A DNA stretch of 64,000 nt from Tubulanus polymorphus (lineage: Eukaryota; Animalia; Nemertea). Below, piece after piece: positions 1 to 10,138 of this stretch. Below the pieces are notes generated by a model that saw only the letters and a list, made by a program, of their open reading frames with translations, did not search any database and was not told where the DNA came from. Numbering within the stretch: position 1 is the stretch's first letter; the number at the start of each line of letters is the position of its first letter. The stretch is taken from contig NC_134026.1 of the NCBI RefSeq assembly GCF_964204645.1, positions 15,162,150-15,226,149 on the forward strand, in the 5' to 3' direction. The position numbers and the translations under genes are program-made.

Positions 1-803
1 ACGAAGCGGTTTTCTTTTCTTTTCCGAACGAACAACTGACAGCTAATAATACAGAATGATGGCCATAGGTGTTAACGAACAAGCTAGTACAGTCTCATAG
101 CTCGTTTCGGTTTTATTTTTCGAATGGACCATACTACGATCCTGAATATAATTATCTTTCACACCGTCCATAATATGCGTGACTTCCAGGGATCGCAAGA
201 ACGACGGCACCATATTGAGAATCACTCTCCAGAACGATTCAGCAGCGGTATAACGGAACAAGCGACCGAACGCTCGACAATCTGCACGAACAGCGAATTG
301 GGCGAAGTCCGAACAACGGCATTCAGATCCAGGATACGGACGATCGCGCTAAGTTGAGGTCACGTAAAGCGAATCCGGCGACTGCAAGTATATGTGAAGA
401 TGGCGACGGCTACGGTCTCACGACGATCTCGAAACAGTACAGTTCATTCCCGATGAGTTCGACTCTGGCCGGAACGAAAGTGACATGGAACAACCCAAAC
501 AAAACTAAGCAATCAAACCCAAAACACTCCCCATGGTTTTGCAGATAAAGATAGCATAGCAATAATATATGAGATTTTCAGTAAATAGATAAGGTACAAT
601 TCACTCCCAATGCTAAACCAAAAGATCCCGATAAATGATAATTATGCAACGATATACGATATAACATACGTTATATAGTTCCAAATGAACGTAATATCTT
701 TTATAAATAATAAAGGAATTTGCAATTTATGACTATAGAACCAAACGAACATAGCAACACGACTACATTCCAAATACGAATAATTTCATAAAATTTCCAA
801 AAC

Positions 804-3425
804 TTAAGGCTGATAAAGTGACAAGTCCGGATAAAGACCTGACCTCCCACCTGGTCTCCCAGCTAAACTAGATGCATCAATATTTCGAATCATGTCTTGA
901 GAATATTGAATCTCATGAGGTATACCTTTATCTTCACTGATCGACAAAGGAACCAAAAGATCGTGATGTTTAACATATATCCGTAAAGTAAATGATGAGC
1001 TCATAATCAATCTTCCAATTCGCCTATATAGAGAAGGCTTGACCGGAATTTTATCCGGAAAATCAATAGCAATTCCATCATACTGAATTTTACAAGGTGT
1101 AACCCAATCAAGATTGATAAATAATTTAAAGAAATGAGAATTACAATGTAGCTTACGTAAAGCAGGGGATCCAAGTAAGGAAATACTGCCCGCACAGGCA
1201 TTAAGATCAATTAATGGAAGTAAGATACATTCATTCCAATCCGAAATCTCTAAAAGTAGTTGTGATTTACAACGTTGAACCATATTACGCCTGCCCCTTA
1301 GAAAGGTAAATAGGTATTTAATATCATAACACAGGAAATGCAACGCACAGTAGATAATAGCCAGAAGAACTATCGTGTCAACTAGAAAATTGGAATCGTC
1401 GTCAATTAGCGATTGAGCAACCCGCGAAGACTGTTCTAAAAATGAAATAGTCCGATTAGACTGTATAACCGTTGCCCCAGCAAGTGGTGCTGCATGAGCT
1501 GCACCCAAGGCTGCAACCGGAAAAATACCCCCTGGATTATACCGTATCATGAAGAAAATATAAACTGACATAGCAAGCGCCGCTATGCTCAGAATAGTAG
1601 GAACCGATATAATGCCTATAGACGATGGAGATGAAAATATATGTCGCAAATTATCTTTAGCTAGTTCATTCTTTAACGCGTCGGCCTTTGAGGCGAACAA
1701 ATCTACATTAGACTTATGCGTTGAAGCCAATTTCTTAAGATCCGTTGAAAATTTAGCGTCCTTTGATGCTACCAAATCCCATGATTCTTTATTCAGTTTT
1801 AAGGGTGGAACCTCAACCATGGGCGCTTTCGATAACTCATTCCCCCTTATCTTTCTCAAATCTGCAGCATTAGAGAACAACGAATGCAGCACAGGTAAAT
1901 TTACTACATGCAAAACAGTTTTATCCTCCTTTCCAATATGACAACCTGTGAGTTTATAAGGGATCCGAAAAGATGACGCAATTATAGAGCAAAAACAAGG
2001 GATTGTCATTACGCACAACCTGCAACCATTGATAGACTTAACCTGTCGGTCAGAACAATGCATAGTCCAAACTTCGTCAGCAGATGACAGTAAATAACGC
2101 CCATCCGCTAATTCATAACTACCTTCAAACAGTAACGCTTCCTCATATCTAATGTCACACAATTTCATTATAGCCTCAGGTTGGTCCCAAAATAGCGCTG
2201 ACGCACACGTTAATTTATGACGGGAATTGAGAGATTTAGTTGTACTACACACTTTAAGGTCTCTACCGTTGCAGGAAAGTAAAAAATCACTATCGAATTC
2301 GGTATAATATTCGTTATCACTTGTAACGGCGATATACTGAGGTAAACCAAAAATTTGAGTCGTATTAGCACTAGTGGCATTCGACGGTACAGGTAATGTA
2401 TCAATATGATAAACATCCATAAAACCAGCCAAACTATGGATGGGAATGGCGATCGTTATATATAAATACGTTTCAGTCTGCGTGAACGTGATATCCCGCA
2501 TTTGATAATAAAAACTAGGCTGACTATGCGTAACCTTAAAACTAGGATAATGATCGCTGAGAATATCCTGTACATTATTAATTACTTTATTGATCTGTTC
2601 AGGACCCACGAGAGAAATAGGCAAAAAGCCATCCAATAATAACTGAGTTGCCTGTAGAAAATTCTCCGACTGGCCAACTACTACCCCAAAACGGTATTGG
2701 TAGTCAACCAAGTTCCTCATTAAAATGGACAAAGCCGAAACTGTGACATTTAAACGATCCAATTTATGAAATATTTCCTTCCGAGAATTTCGGTACTCTA
2801 CAGTCAAAATATTATAAGAATCGGCAAACCTCTTAATTGTTTCATGATTCTCTTTAATGGCCACCATAGCATTATCAAGCCTTTCGTTAGTTGTGTTCAT
2901 GAATGAATGAAGCAACTTGCCGTCTTGTACAACCTGATCAGCCAAGGCTGTTACCCCTGACTCCACTTTGAGGACATGTAACCTAAGTGCGTCCACGTCC
3001 TCTTCAGTAGCCGTGCCAAATAGCGATTTCGCAAAATTCCCTACAAAGTTTAATAAAGCTCTTTTCCCACGACCACTTGCCCTAACAGGAATCAAAGATT
3101 TAACGGTATTCATATTAGCGTTAAGCCGTATTCGTGTTTCTTTAATTTGAGAATTTAATCGCTCAATAATCGTATTTAACATCCCACAACCGTTATACGG
3201 GTGAAAATGATAATGTATAGGGCATGATAGAGGGGTTATAATATCTAGGTCAAATTTAGGCCAGGGAATACAGAAGGTATGCCTATACTTGGAAACACCA
3301 TTAAGAATATTTGTGAACTTATTGAAGACAATTCCCCAATTCAACATAACAACTGAATTCGCCGAAGTGTCAACCGGTTCCAACGTCGTCATGTAAACAG
3401 CCAGTAATAAAATGTAAAGCCTCAT
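804..3425 (-). CDS. env: Envelope glycoprotein, baculovirus-F/errantivirus class I fusion type, with an extra C-terminal membrane module (873 aa)
   Basis: Signal peptide MRLYILLLAV; furin site RGKR (3071-3060) followed by an F-type fusion peptide ALLNFVGNFAKSLFGTATEEDV; heptad region; Cys-rich ectodomain; TM IGIISVPTILSIAALAMSVYIFFMI. The ORF is uninterrupted. Confidence 0.9.
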   Translation of the reverse strand: MRLYILLLAVYMTTLEPVDTSANSVVMLNWGIVFNKFTNILNGVSKYRHTFCIPWPKFDLDIITPLSCPIHYHFHPYNGCGMLNTIIERLNSQIKETRIRLNANMNTVKSLIPVRASGRGKRALLNFVGNFAKSLFGTATEEDVDALRLHVLKVESGVTALADQVVQDGKLLHSFMNTTNERLDNAMVAIKENHETIKRFADSYNILTVEYRNSRKEIFHKLDRLNVTVSALSILMRNLVDYQYRFGVVVGQSENFLQATQLLLDGFLPISLVGPEQINKVINNVQDILSDHYPSFKVTHSQPSFYYQMRDITFTQTETYLYITIAIPIHSLAGFMDVYHIDTLPVPSNATSANTTQIFGLPQYIAVTSDNEYYTEFDSDFLLSCNGRDLKVCSTTKSLNSRHKLTCASALFWDQPEAIMKLCDIRYEEALLFEGSYELADGRYLLSSADEVWTMHCSDRQVKSINGCRLCVMTIPCFCSIIASSFRIPYKLTGCHIGKEDKTVLHVVNLPVLHSLFSNAADLRKIRGNELSKAPMVEVPPLKLNKESWDLVASKDAKFSTDLKKLASTHKSNVDLFASKADALKNELAKDNLRHIFSSPSSIGIISVPTILSIAALAMSVYIFFMIRYNPGGIFPVAALGAAHAAPLAGATVIQSNRTISFLEQSSRVAQSLIDDDSNFLVDTIVLLAIIYCALHFLCYDIKYLFTFLRGRRNMVQRCKSQLLLEISDWNECILLPLIDLNACAGSISLLGSPALRKLHCNSHFFKLFINLDWVTPCKIQYDGIAIDFPDKIPVKPSLYRRIGRLIMSSSFTLRIYVKHHDLLVPLSISEDKGIPHEIQYSQDMIRNIDASSLAGRPGGRSGLYPDLSLYQP

Positions 3426-3460
3426 GGTAGTATCCTAAAAGAGAACGAAATATAGTTACT
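3426..3460 (-). promoter_or_regulatory. Splice acceptor and Kozak context for a subgenomic env mRNA
   Basis: Minus strand reads gtaactatatttcgttctcttttAG|gatactaccATG: branch-like site, polypyrimidine tract, and AG 9 nt before the env ATG. Confidence 0.7.
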
Positions 3461-3477
3461 ACATTCCGTGAACCAAC

Positions 3478-4401
3478 TTATTCCTTTAGTTCCTTCGTTT
3501 TAAAATAGTTCTCAATTAAACTCGGGTTTAATATATTTTCCTCAGGTTCGAAAGTAGACTCGCCTTTCGTATAACCCTCCCACCATATCTTAAAATGGCG
3601 TTTACCATTGATAACTTTATCACCTAAAATCTCTTTAACTATAAAAATGTCATCTGGAATATCAACTAACTCATCTTCCTGATTTGCTAAATCCGATCTT
3701 AAAGGTTCGCCAAAACAAGCGTCTTGATCTCCTATTGGAAGATCGTCCCTGTGAACAAACTTCTTCAACCTATCTGCTGCTATAGGACTTTTCATATATT
3801 TACCAGTTTTAACACATTTGACTCTAAATGTAGAGGGACCTATTGACTTTACAATCTGGAACGGTCCACGATAACGCTTTTGTAACTTCCTAGTCAACCC
3901 TTTCTTAAAATTTGGAAAGAAAACCCAACAGTGGTCCCTAACTTCAAAGTTGACCGGGGTAGCATGTTTATCGCTGATCTTTTTGAATGCAGCTTGTGCC
4001 GTAAGGATCGCACCTTTAGCTATCTTGTAAACATACCGTAATTTATCTTGGGCCAGTCTGACATGTGTGTTTATCTTTAGAGGATTATACATAGGTTCCA
4101 GTAATGCACTATCTAGCGGCGTGTTCGGATGCCTTAAAAACATTAAGTAAAATGGACTATAATTCGATATTGACTTCATTGGACTAGTATTATACGCAAA
4201 GACTGCAGCGCGCAAGTAAGTGGTCCAATCGGTTTGATTATCAGAAATCATCATAGATAATAAGGATTTAATTGACTTGTTCGTAACTTCACAGAGACCA
4301 TTGCATTTAGGATTGAATGAAGCAGTCTTCTTATGTGTAATATTCGAGAATTTAAGTATTTCCTCCACAATCTCACTTAAGAAATTACTTCCGCGATCAC
4401 T
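3478..4401 (-). pseudogene. pol: Integrase C-terminal half with GPF motif and chromodomain (truncated pol)
   Basis: SDRGSNF...NPKCNGLCE (second D and the E of DDE), FAYNTS, SPFYLMF, RYRGPF, then a chromodomain (FIVKEILGDKVINGKRHFKIWWEGY...STFEPEENI). Confidence 0.92.
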
Positions 4402-4600
4402 TAATTTTTTATTCAAATCTATTCAAAATATAAAGTATTCTCTTTTTGAAAAGATATATTAGAATTCTAATAAAATCAAAATTAAAATAATGGCTAGTTA
4501 ATGATATGTAATTTTTAATACTTTCTATTTAAATAAGGATTCAATACCTCACTACTTTTGTCTATCTATTAGGAGCAGTTACTATTACTGTCCAGATAAG

Positions 4601-5156
4601 TCATTTCGGGTTCTCGATATTAATTTCCTCAACGTATTGTTCATTATTTGGATCATTGTTCCATAATTCAACAAATTTCTTTGCTTTATCTAACTGATCT
4701 AAATATAACTGTAAATCTAGTTTATTTCCTTGACTAATATTTTCTACTTTTTCTAAAGGTCTTAGATTCTTCCAATTCCAAATTAGCTTTTTATTGTAAT
4801 CATCATCCATATTAAATTTAGATACAGGCAAAACGTGATCAATATGAAAATAATTACCATAATTATTAATATTCATTTTATCATCGAATTGATATATAAT
4901 CCATGATTTTAAGAATTCATCTGAACAATCCAATAAATTTGTTAGTGTTTCTGAGTGATTATCTTTACTGAAAAATTTTGATACTTTAGATCTTAAACAT
5001 TTTCTCATTTTAAAATTAAAATCTGTTTTATACCTTATAACTTTTATCATCTTTAGAATTCTTATCTTTATTATATTCTGTTAGTGTCTTATATATTTTA
5101 CACTTAGAACATTTCTTATGCGCAATATTTATGGTTTGTGTCAGTTTACTTTCCAT
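4601..5156 (-). pseudogene. Giant-virus (NCLDV)-type HNH endonuclease, frameshifted or internally deleted
   Basis: ATG at 5156 gives MESK...KKCSKCKIYKTLTEYNKDKNSKDDK (zinc-ribbon N-terminus), then a frame change into ORF 5050-4601 with NYGNYFHIDHVLPVSKF...WNWKNLRPLEKVENISQGNK. Intronless and very AT-rich. Confidence 0.7.
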
Positions 5157-5380
5157 TTATATGCAAATGTTTTATTAAAATTGATAAACATGTAATAATC
5201 CTTTTAACAATCTCATTCTCTTTCTCTTCATCCCTTTTAAATTTTAAGTATTAAGTTAAGTTAAGTTAAGTTCATCTAAATTGGTTACTGAATGATTGAT
5301 TACACGTATCACATTTATATATTTCTGTTTCATTCTTTAATTCATCTAATTTAGTTTCTAATATATCATCTTTTTTTTTA

Positions 5381-5922
5381 CTATTACTATTACTATTACT
5401 ACCACTACCTCTACCTCTACCTCTACCTCTACCTCTACCTCTACCTCTACCTCTACCTCTACCTCTACCTCTACCTCTACCTCTACCTCTACCTCTACCT
5501 CTACCTCTACCTCTACCTCTACCTCTACCGCTACCGCTACCGCTACCGCTACCGCTACCGCTACCGCTACCGCTACCGCTACCGCTACCGCTACCGCTAC
5601 CGCTACCGCTACCGCTACCGCTACCGCTACCGCTACCGCTACCGCTACCGCTACCGCTACCGCTACCGCTACCGCTACCGCTACCGCTACCGCTACCGCT
5701 ACCGCTACCGCTACCGCTACCGCTACCGCTACCGCTACCGCTACCGCTACCGCTACCGCTACCGCTACCGCTACCGCTACCGCTACCGCTACCGCTACCG
5801 CTACCGCTACCGCTACCGCTACCGCTACCGCTACCGCTACCGCTACCGCTACCGCTACCGCTACCGCTACCGCTACCGCTACCGCTACCGCTACCGCTAC
5901 CGCTACCGCTGCCGCTACCGCT
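5381..5922. repeat. Compound hexamer microsatellite (CTATTA)n-(CTACCT)n-(CTACCG)n, reading poly(SG)/poly(RG) on the minus strand
   Basis: Directly visible near-perfect tandem arrays. Confidence 0.98.
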
Positions 5923-7197
5923 ATTGAATAAAACATATTCGTTATTGTTCTTATTTACACTTTCATTTTTTCTCAAAAAATGAAGTTGTTGGATAATCTA
6001 CAGTGATCGTGTTTGACGCTTCAAAAATTCGTCATGGAATTTTAATAAAACTACTTTTGATTGATTTTCTGATCTAATCTGGACAGGAAATGTATCAGCC
6101 TAGTGCTAAACGTGGTATCTATAAAAGAATTTGAAATAAACGATTTAATCTAGGGTTGCTTGGTCCTGCAATGACCAGTCAAACGTCTCACAATGACCAT
6201 TTTGAAACGGCTGTTTAGACTGTTATTACTGCTTTTCCGCTTCAACTTTATGAATATATGCGTTCTCGAACGGTCCTAGACCAGATATAAACACACTTTA
6301 GTTGTTGCCAGGCCCCATGGGGTAAAGCACCGGTCACCTAAAAATTGAATATTTTCTATCGATTTATCTTTAAAATTCAGCTACTATCTCGTGCATTTTT
6401 ATTCCCAATCATCGCACATATGCAGAAAGCAACGATTTAGCATGAAATGGTTACAGATAGTGAGGGGATATTATTTTCTATTCCTTGTTGAAAGATCGTT
6501 TTTCAGTCTTTTTGGCCAAATTGAAATATGCACCGTACAGTAGCGCCACTGCTCCCATCGAACGGTCTCCACACTTTCACGTCAGTAGGCCTACCGCCGT
6601 AATATTCTGCAGAATTAATTCTTACTCTTGTTGAATCGAGCTTTTTGGCTGGTGGGTATGAAATGCTTTTCAAAGTTTAATAGGCCTAATGCCTGCCCCT
6701 TTAAGCTTGAGGTCTATGATTTTGCCTGAAAGGTTCATGAGACAATCTGACGCCAAGTATTAGTCAGTGTTGTATTCACGACGACGACGTATTCACTCAT
6801 CATTATCAATATCATCATCACAATGACAATCAATTCAATGCGTTGATGTTTATAATGTTGTAGGCCTATTCAATCGCGACTGATCCAACGACAATCCAAC
6901 AAAGAATAAGCCTACTACAAAACATGAATAGGCTGCTACTAAACAATGCTGCATTGTTAACTCAGCGTTATTAAATTCCGACCTTTTATTTTCAACACAA
7001 AATGAATTTTGTAGGGTGCCCTTACTAGGCCTAGAGGAGTAGAGGCCACAAAATTGACACTTATAGTGTCTATTTCAACTTTAGAGCATATCAAGTGACC
7101 TAGCTCAGTCAGTTTGTTGATGGTACATACCATGATTTGAAAGTTTAACTAAAGTTGAAATGGACATTAGGCCTAGGCCTAATCCTAATCACAAGGC

Positions 7198-7504
7198 CAC
7201 AGGAGTTTGGCGATGGCCTCGAATTTTGCTTCCAGGTTGTTGATAACCTCGCGAGACTGGCGCTAAATTTAAACTGCAAATAAATTCAAAATATCACAGA
7301 AATACCTTGTGTTGATAATGTTTATTTATCTGCTAGGCCTAGGCCTATATAAATTCTGATAAACAATTGTGTTAAGGATCAGTATCAGATGGTCATGACA
7401 CTTTTAAGGCTGTGATATTTTGAATTTATTCGTGGCTGGCGCCAGTCTCGCGAGATTATCAACAACCTAGAAGTAAAAGACAAGCCCATGACCAAACCCC
7501 TGTG
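7198..7504. mobile_element. MITE-like palindromic element (~307 bp)
   Basis: Left arm cacaggagtttgg...ggttgttgataacctcgcgagactggcgc...aataaattcaaaatatcacag is inverted at ctgtgatattttgaatttatt...gcgccagtctcgcgagattatcaacaacc...ccaaacccctgtg. Confidence 0.75.
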
Positions 7505-7808
7505 CACTAGGTTTACCAGATAGGCCAAGGCCTTATTTGGAATTAAGAGGGCACACAATAAAAATGTTAGTTTTTTATCAGTCAGGAATTTTAGAAATGT
7601 TCAGGCGGAATGTTTTTATTTTCTATTTTTGACAATCACGAATAAATGATGTTTCAATTGATTGTCCGCATGCTGCACCTAAATTTTCAACCACCAATCT
7701 TCACAAATTTCAAATAGGCCTACAGCGAGGTTATTTGGTTAAATTTAGGCCTACCAAGGCCCTATTGACATTTTTGAATTCAAACCTCTAATAGAAGATC
7801 GATTCCTG

Positions 7809-9838
7809 TGTAGCGGAAATTCGTTTCACTTCGTTCTGTTCTTTTTATTTTCCAGCTGCAGAGTCCTCCCCAGCTCAGTCTAAAATTCATATTAAATTCC
7901 TATTAAAAGTTTGTATGATGTAAAATAAAACCTTATAATGTATTTGTAACTCTGAGACAAGAATGTTTAATGCTTTGGACTTCGGTCTGGTGGATTAGAA
8001 ACTATTTTTATTTCTATCTTAATGAAATATTGTATGATTTAATCTGAATTCAAAAACTGTACCTAAAGACCTTTTCTATGTGTTCGGGTCACTCCCGGTT
8101 TGTATTTTTCGAGTTAATGTGCCTAAATCGATGTTCCCGTGCTTAAATCGATATTTTTATGCTGTGCTCTGTGCCCGAGATGGCGCCACTATACGGTTCT
8201 TAATTATATTGTGTGCTCGGGGTGCTTTGTTTTAACCAATTAGATGGGGTTACGTCATAATCTGGGCTCTATAAAAGGCAAAAATGTGCTTTATTAATTA
8301 GTCTCGGTGCACATTCTTAGGTGTGTATTACTAAGATTTTGAACTATGGGGGGAGGGATTAATCTAATTTTCTTAGTAAGTCATACTTAGCACTGATTCT
8401 CTTTAAGTATTTCTTGGTCCTTATTCTCAAAGTTGTTTTTCTTCCAAGATGTTTTCGGAAAACAATCTTTCAGGGTTCAAGGAGGTTTTCTCCTTCGAAT
8501 TATTCCCCGAAAGTATTCTTCTTTCCGATTTCCTCTCTTGGTTTTTCCCTCAACTTTTGAGTTTTCGGAGTAGTGACCATCTCTTACATAAACATAATAG
8601 GAAGAATGATTAAATAAATACTTAACTGGAACTATGATTAAATATAGCGAAAATTCTTATCTTTATTAAGAGCACTTAGAGTTACATCTTCTTTAGCGTA
8701 AAACGAGCGCAGGGTTTAAAAGTAACTATTGTTGAGTCGTAATGTTAGAATATCTGAAATCTTTATTCCTAATACTATTGAATTCTGGTGCGATTCGTGC
8801 ACTTGTATTAAGGGCAATATGCCCTTGTTAATCTCCTCCTTTGGTGGCCGGTTGGCCATCTTATCTACCTTAAATGTTGTAAATAAGAGATAACCTATAT
8901 ATATTGTTGTTATATATGTATATATTGTTCATTGTTCGAATATTTCCAAGAAATAATAAATAGTATTCAAGAGAATATTATCATATACATAAAATTCTAA
9001 ATCTTTGCCTTTTTCCCTAAACTATTTTTGTGGTGTCGGATTTACTATCAATTGAGGAAAGGATTTTCTTGTGCATTTTTGGGATTCTGTGACACCATAA
9101 AATATTCTTGAAGAATCTTGTGGGTTGGAGAGTTTAGGGCATCATGTAAGTCTTCAAAAAGGGGAAGCATTGAGGGCACCCTCTAGTGGGAGAGGCCAAA
9201 AATTGGTGAATGCTCCTCGTTTTATTTAGTTGGTATCTATTATTCTTTTTGAAGCTAAACGCCTGATCAGGTCGGCTGTGGAGGCCGGAAATACTTGTAG
9301 CGCTGGACGCAGTCCTGTATTTCCTCCTCAGTCGGAGAGAAAGCTAGGGGATTTTTATTTTATTTGACTCATTCATGATTCTTCTATTAATTCTTTTGGT
9401 CACAGTTTTTCATACATGCACACGCCTTTTTCATGGGTGATTTGTGAGGACATTCAGTCACCCGTGTTACCATTATGACTTATCACTGAGAATTAGGACT
9501 CCTTTAAGTATTCTCACTCACCAGAGGAAGACTTGACATATTTTTGCGCGTTAAATCTCATGGAGGAAAACAAGAGAATTTTCCCCTTCTAGCTTCTCTA
9601 CCTCCCAGATGCTAGTGACATGAGCGAACCCTAGAAGCGACGCCTATATGCAACTTTTTCCTTAAATGTATAGGATTATAGAAAGAGAGAGAGAGAATTA
9701 CCTGTATTCCCTCTTGGTCGAGGAAATTCCGAGAGTTGAGACCTTAGACTTGACATTATGAATTTTAACGGAAACGGAAGTAGATTTTTGTAGTCACTTG
9801 CCAGAGCACGCTACCCCGAATCCCGGTATTCCGCTTCA
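7809..9838 (+). repeat. 5' LTR (2030 bp)
   Basis: Direct repeat of 16153-18168. By eye it differs by about 5 substitutions, one 2-bp indel and one short replacement. Confidence 0.98.
8236..8276 (+). promoter_or_regulatory. Putative LTR Pol II promoter (CCAAT, CRE-like TTACGTCA, TATAAAA)
   Basis: CCAAT 8236-8240, TTACGTCA 8250-8257 and TATAAAA 8270-8276, in canonical order. Also present in the 3' LTR. Confidence 0.6.
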
Positions 9839-9840
9839 AA

Positions 9841-9859
9841 TGGTGGCAGCGGTGGGATT
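9841..9859 (+). promoter_or_regulatory. Primer binding site complementary to tRNA-Leu 3' end
   Basis: TGGTGGCAGCGGTGGGATT lies 2 nt after the LTR and is the reverse complement of AATCCCACCGCTGCCA-CCA of metazoan tRNA-Leu(AAG/TAG). Confidence 0.9.
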
Positions 9860-10138
9860 TTCTTCGATATAAGCACATACGTGCATTATTACTATTTTTT
9901 TTTATCGATACGTTGTAGAGGTTTAGCCTCCCTTGGTGAGTGAGTCTCCGTAGAGTAATATAATCCGACACCCTCCCTTTTCTCTTATCATTTGAACTAC
10001 ATTAAACTATAACGGTTAGGTCAGGAAGTTTAGTTAGGTAGAAACCACAGCAGAGTTTGTTTATCGTTTTTCCGTGATAAAACTTTCTTTCATTCTTTTC
10101 ATAGCGTATTTGTATGTGAGTCTTTCGTGTGAATAAGA

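Larger units (their letters stand above)
1..4401 (-). mobile_element. 3' part of an env-carrying Gypsy/errantivirus-like LTR retroelement, 5'-truncated inside integrase; 3' LTR not identified and may lie beyond the window start
   Basis: Integrase-chromodomain ORF is followed 52 bp later by an env ORF on the same strand. Integrase homology stops abruptly at SDRGSNF (~4401), where unrelated AT-rich DNA begins. Confidence 0.85.

Noticed and set aside
43-548. Possible fourth ORF downstream of env (aaccATGG at 534 on the minus strand)
   Set aside because: It stops after 6 codons, neighbouring frames are interrupted, and no recognisable motif is present.
5177-5184. AAAATTGA Mimivirus-type early promoter motif beside the HNH gene
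   Set aside because: It is on the opposite strand to the gene and is expected by chance in such AT-rich DNA.
5358-5936. Poly-VA/VE ORF
   Set aside because: Alternative frame of the hexamer microsatellite.
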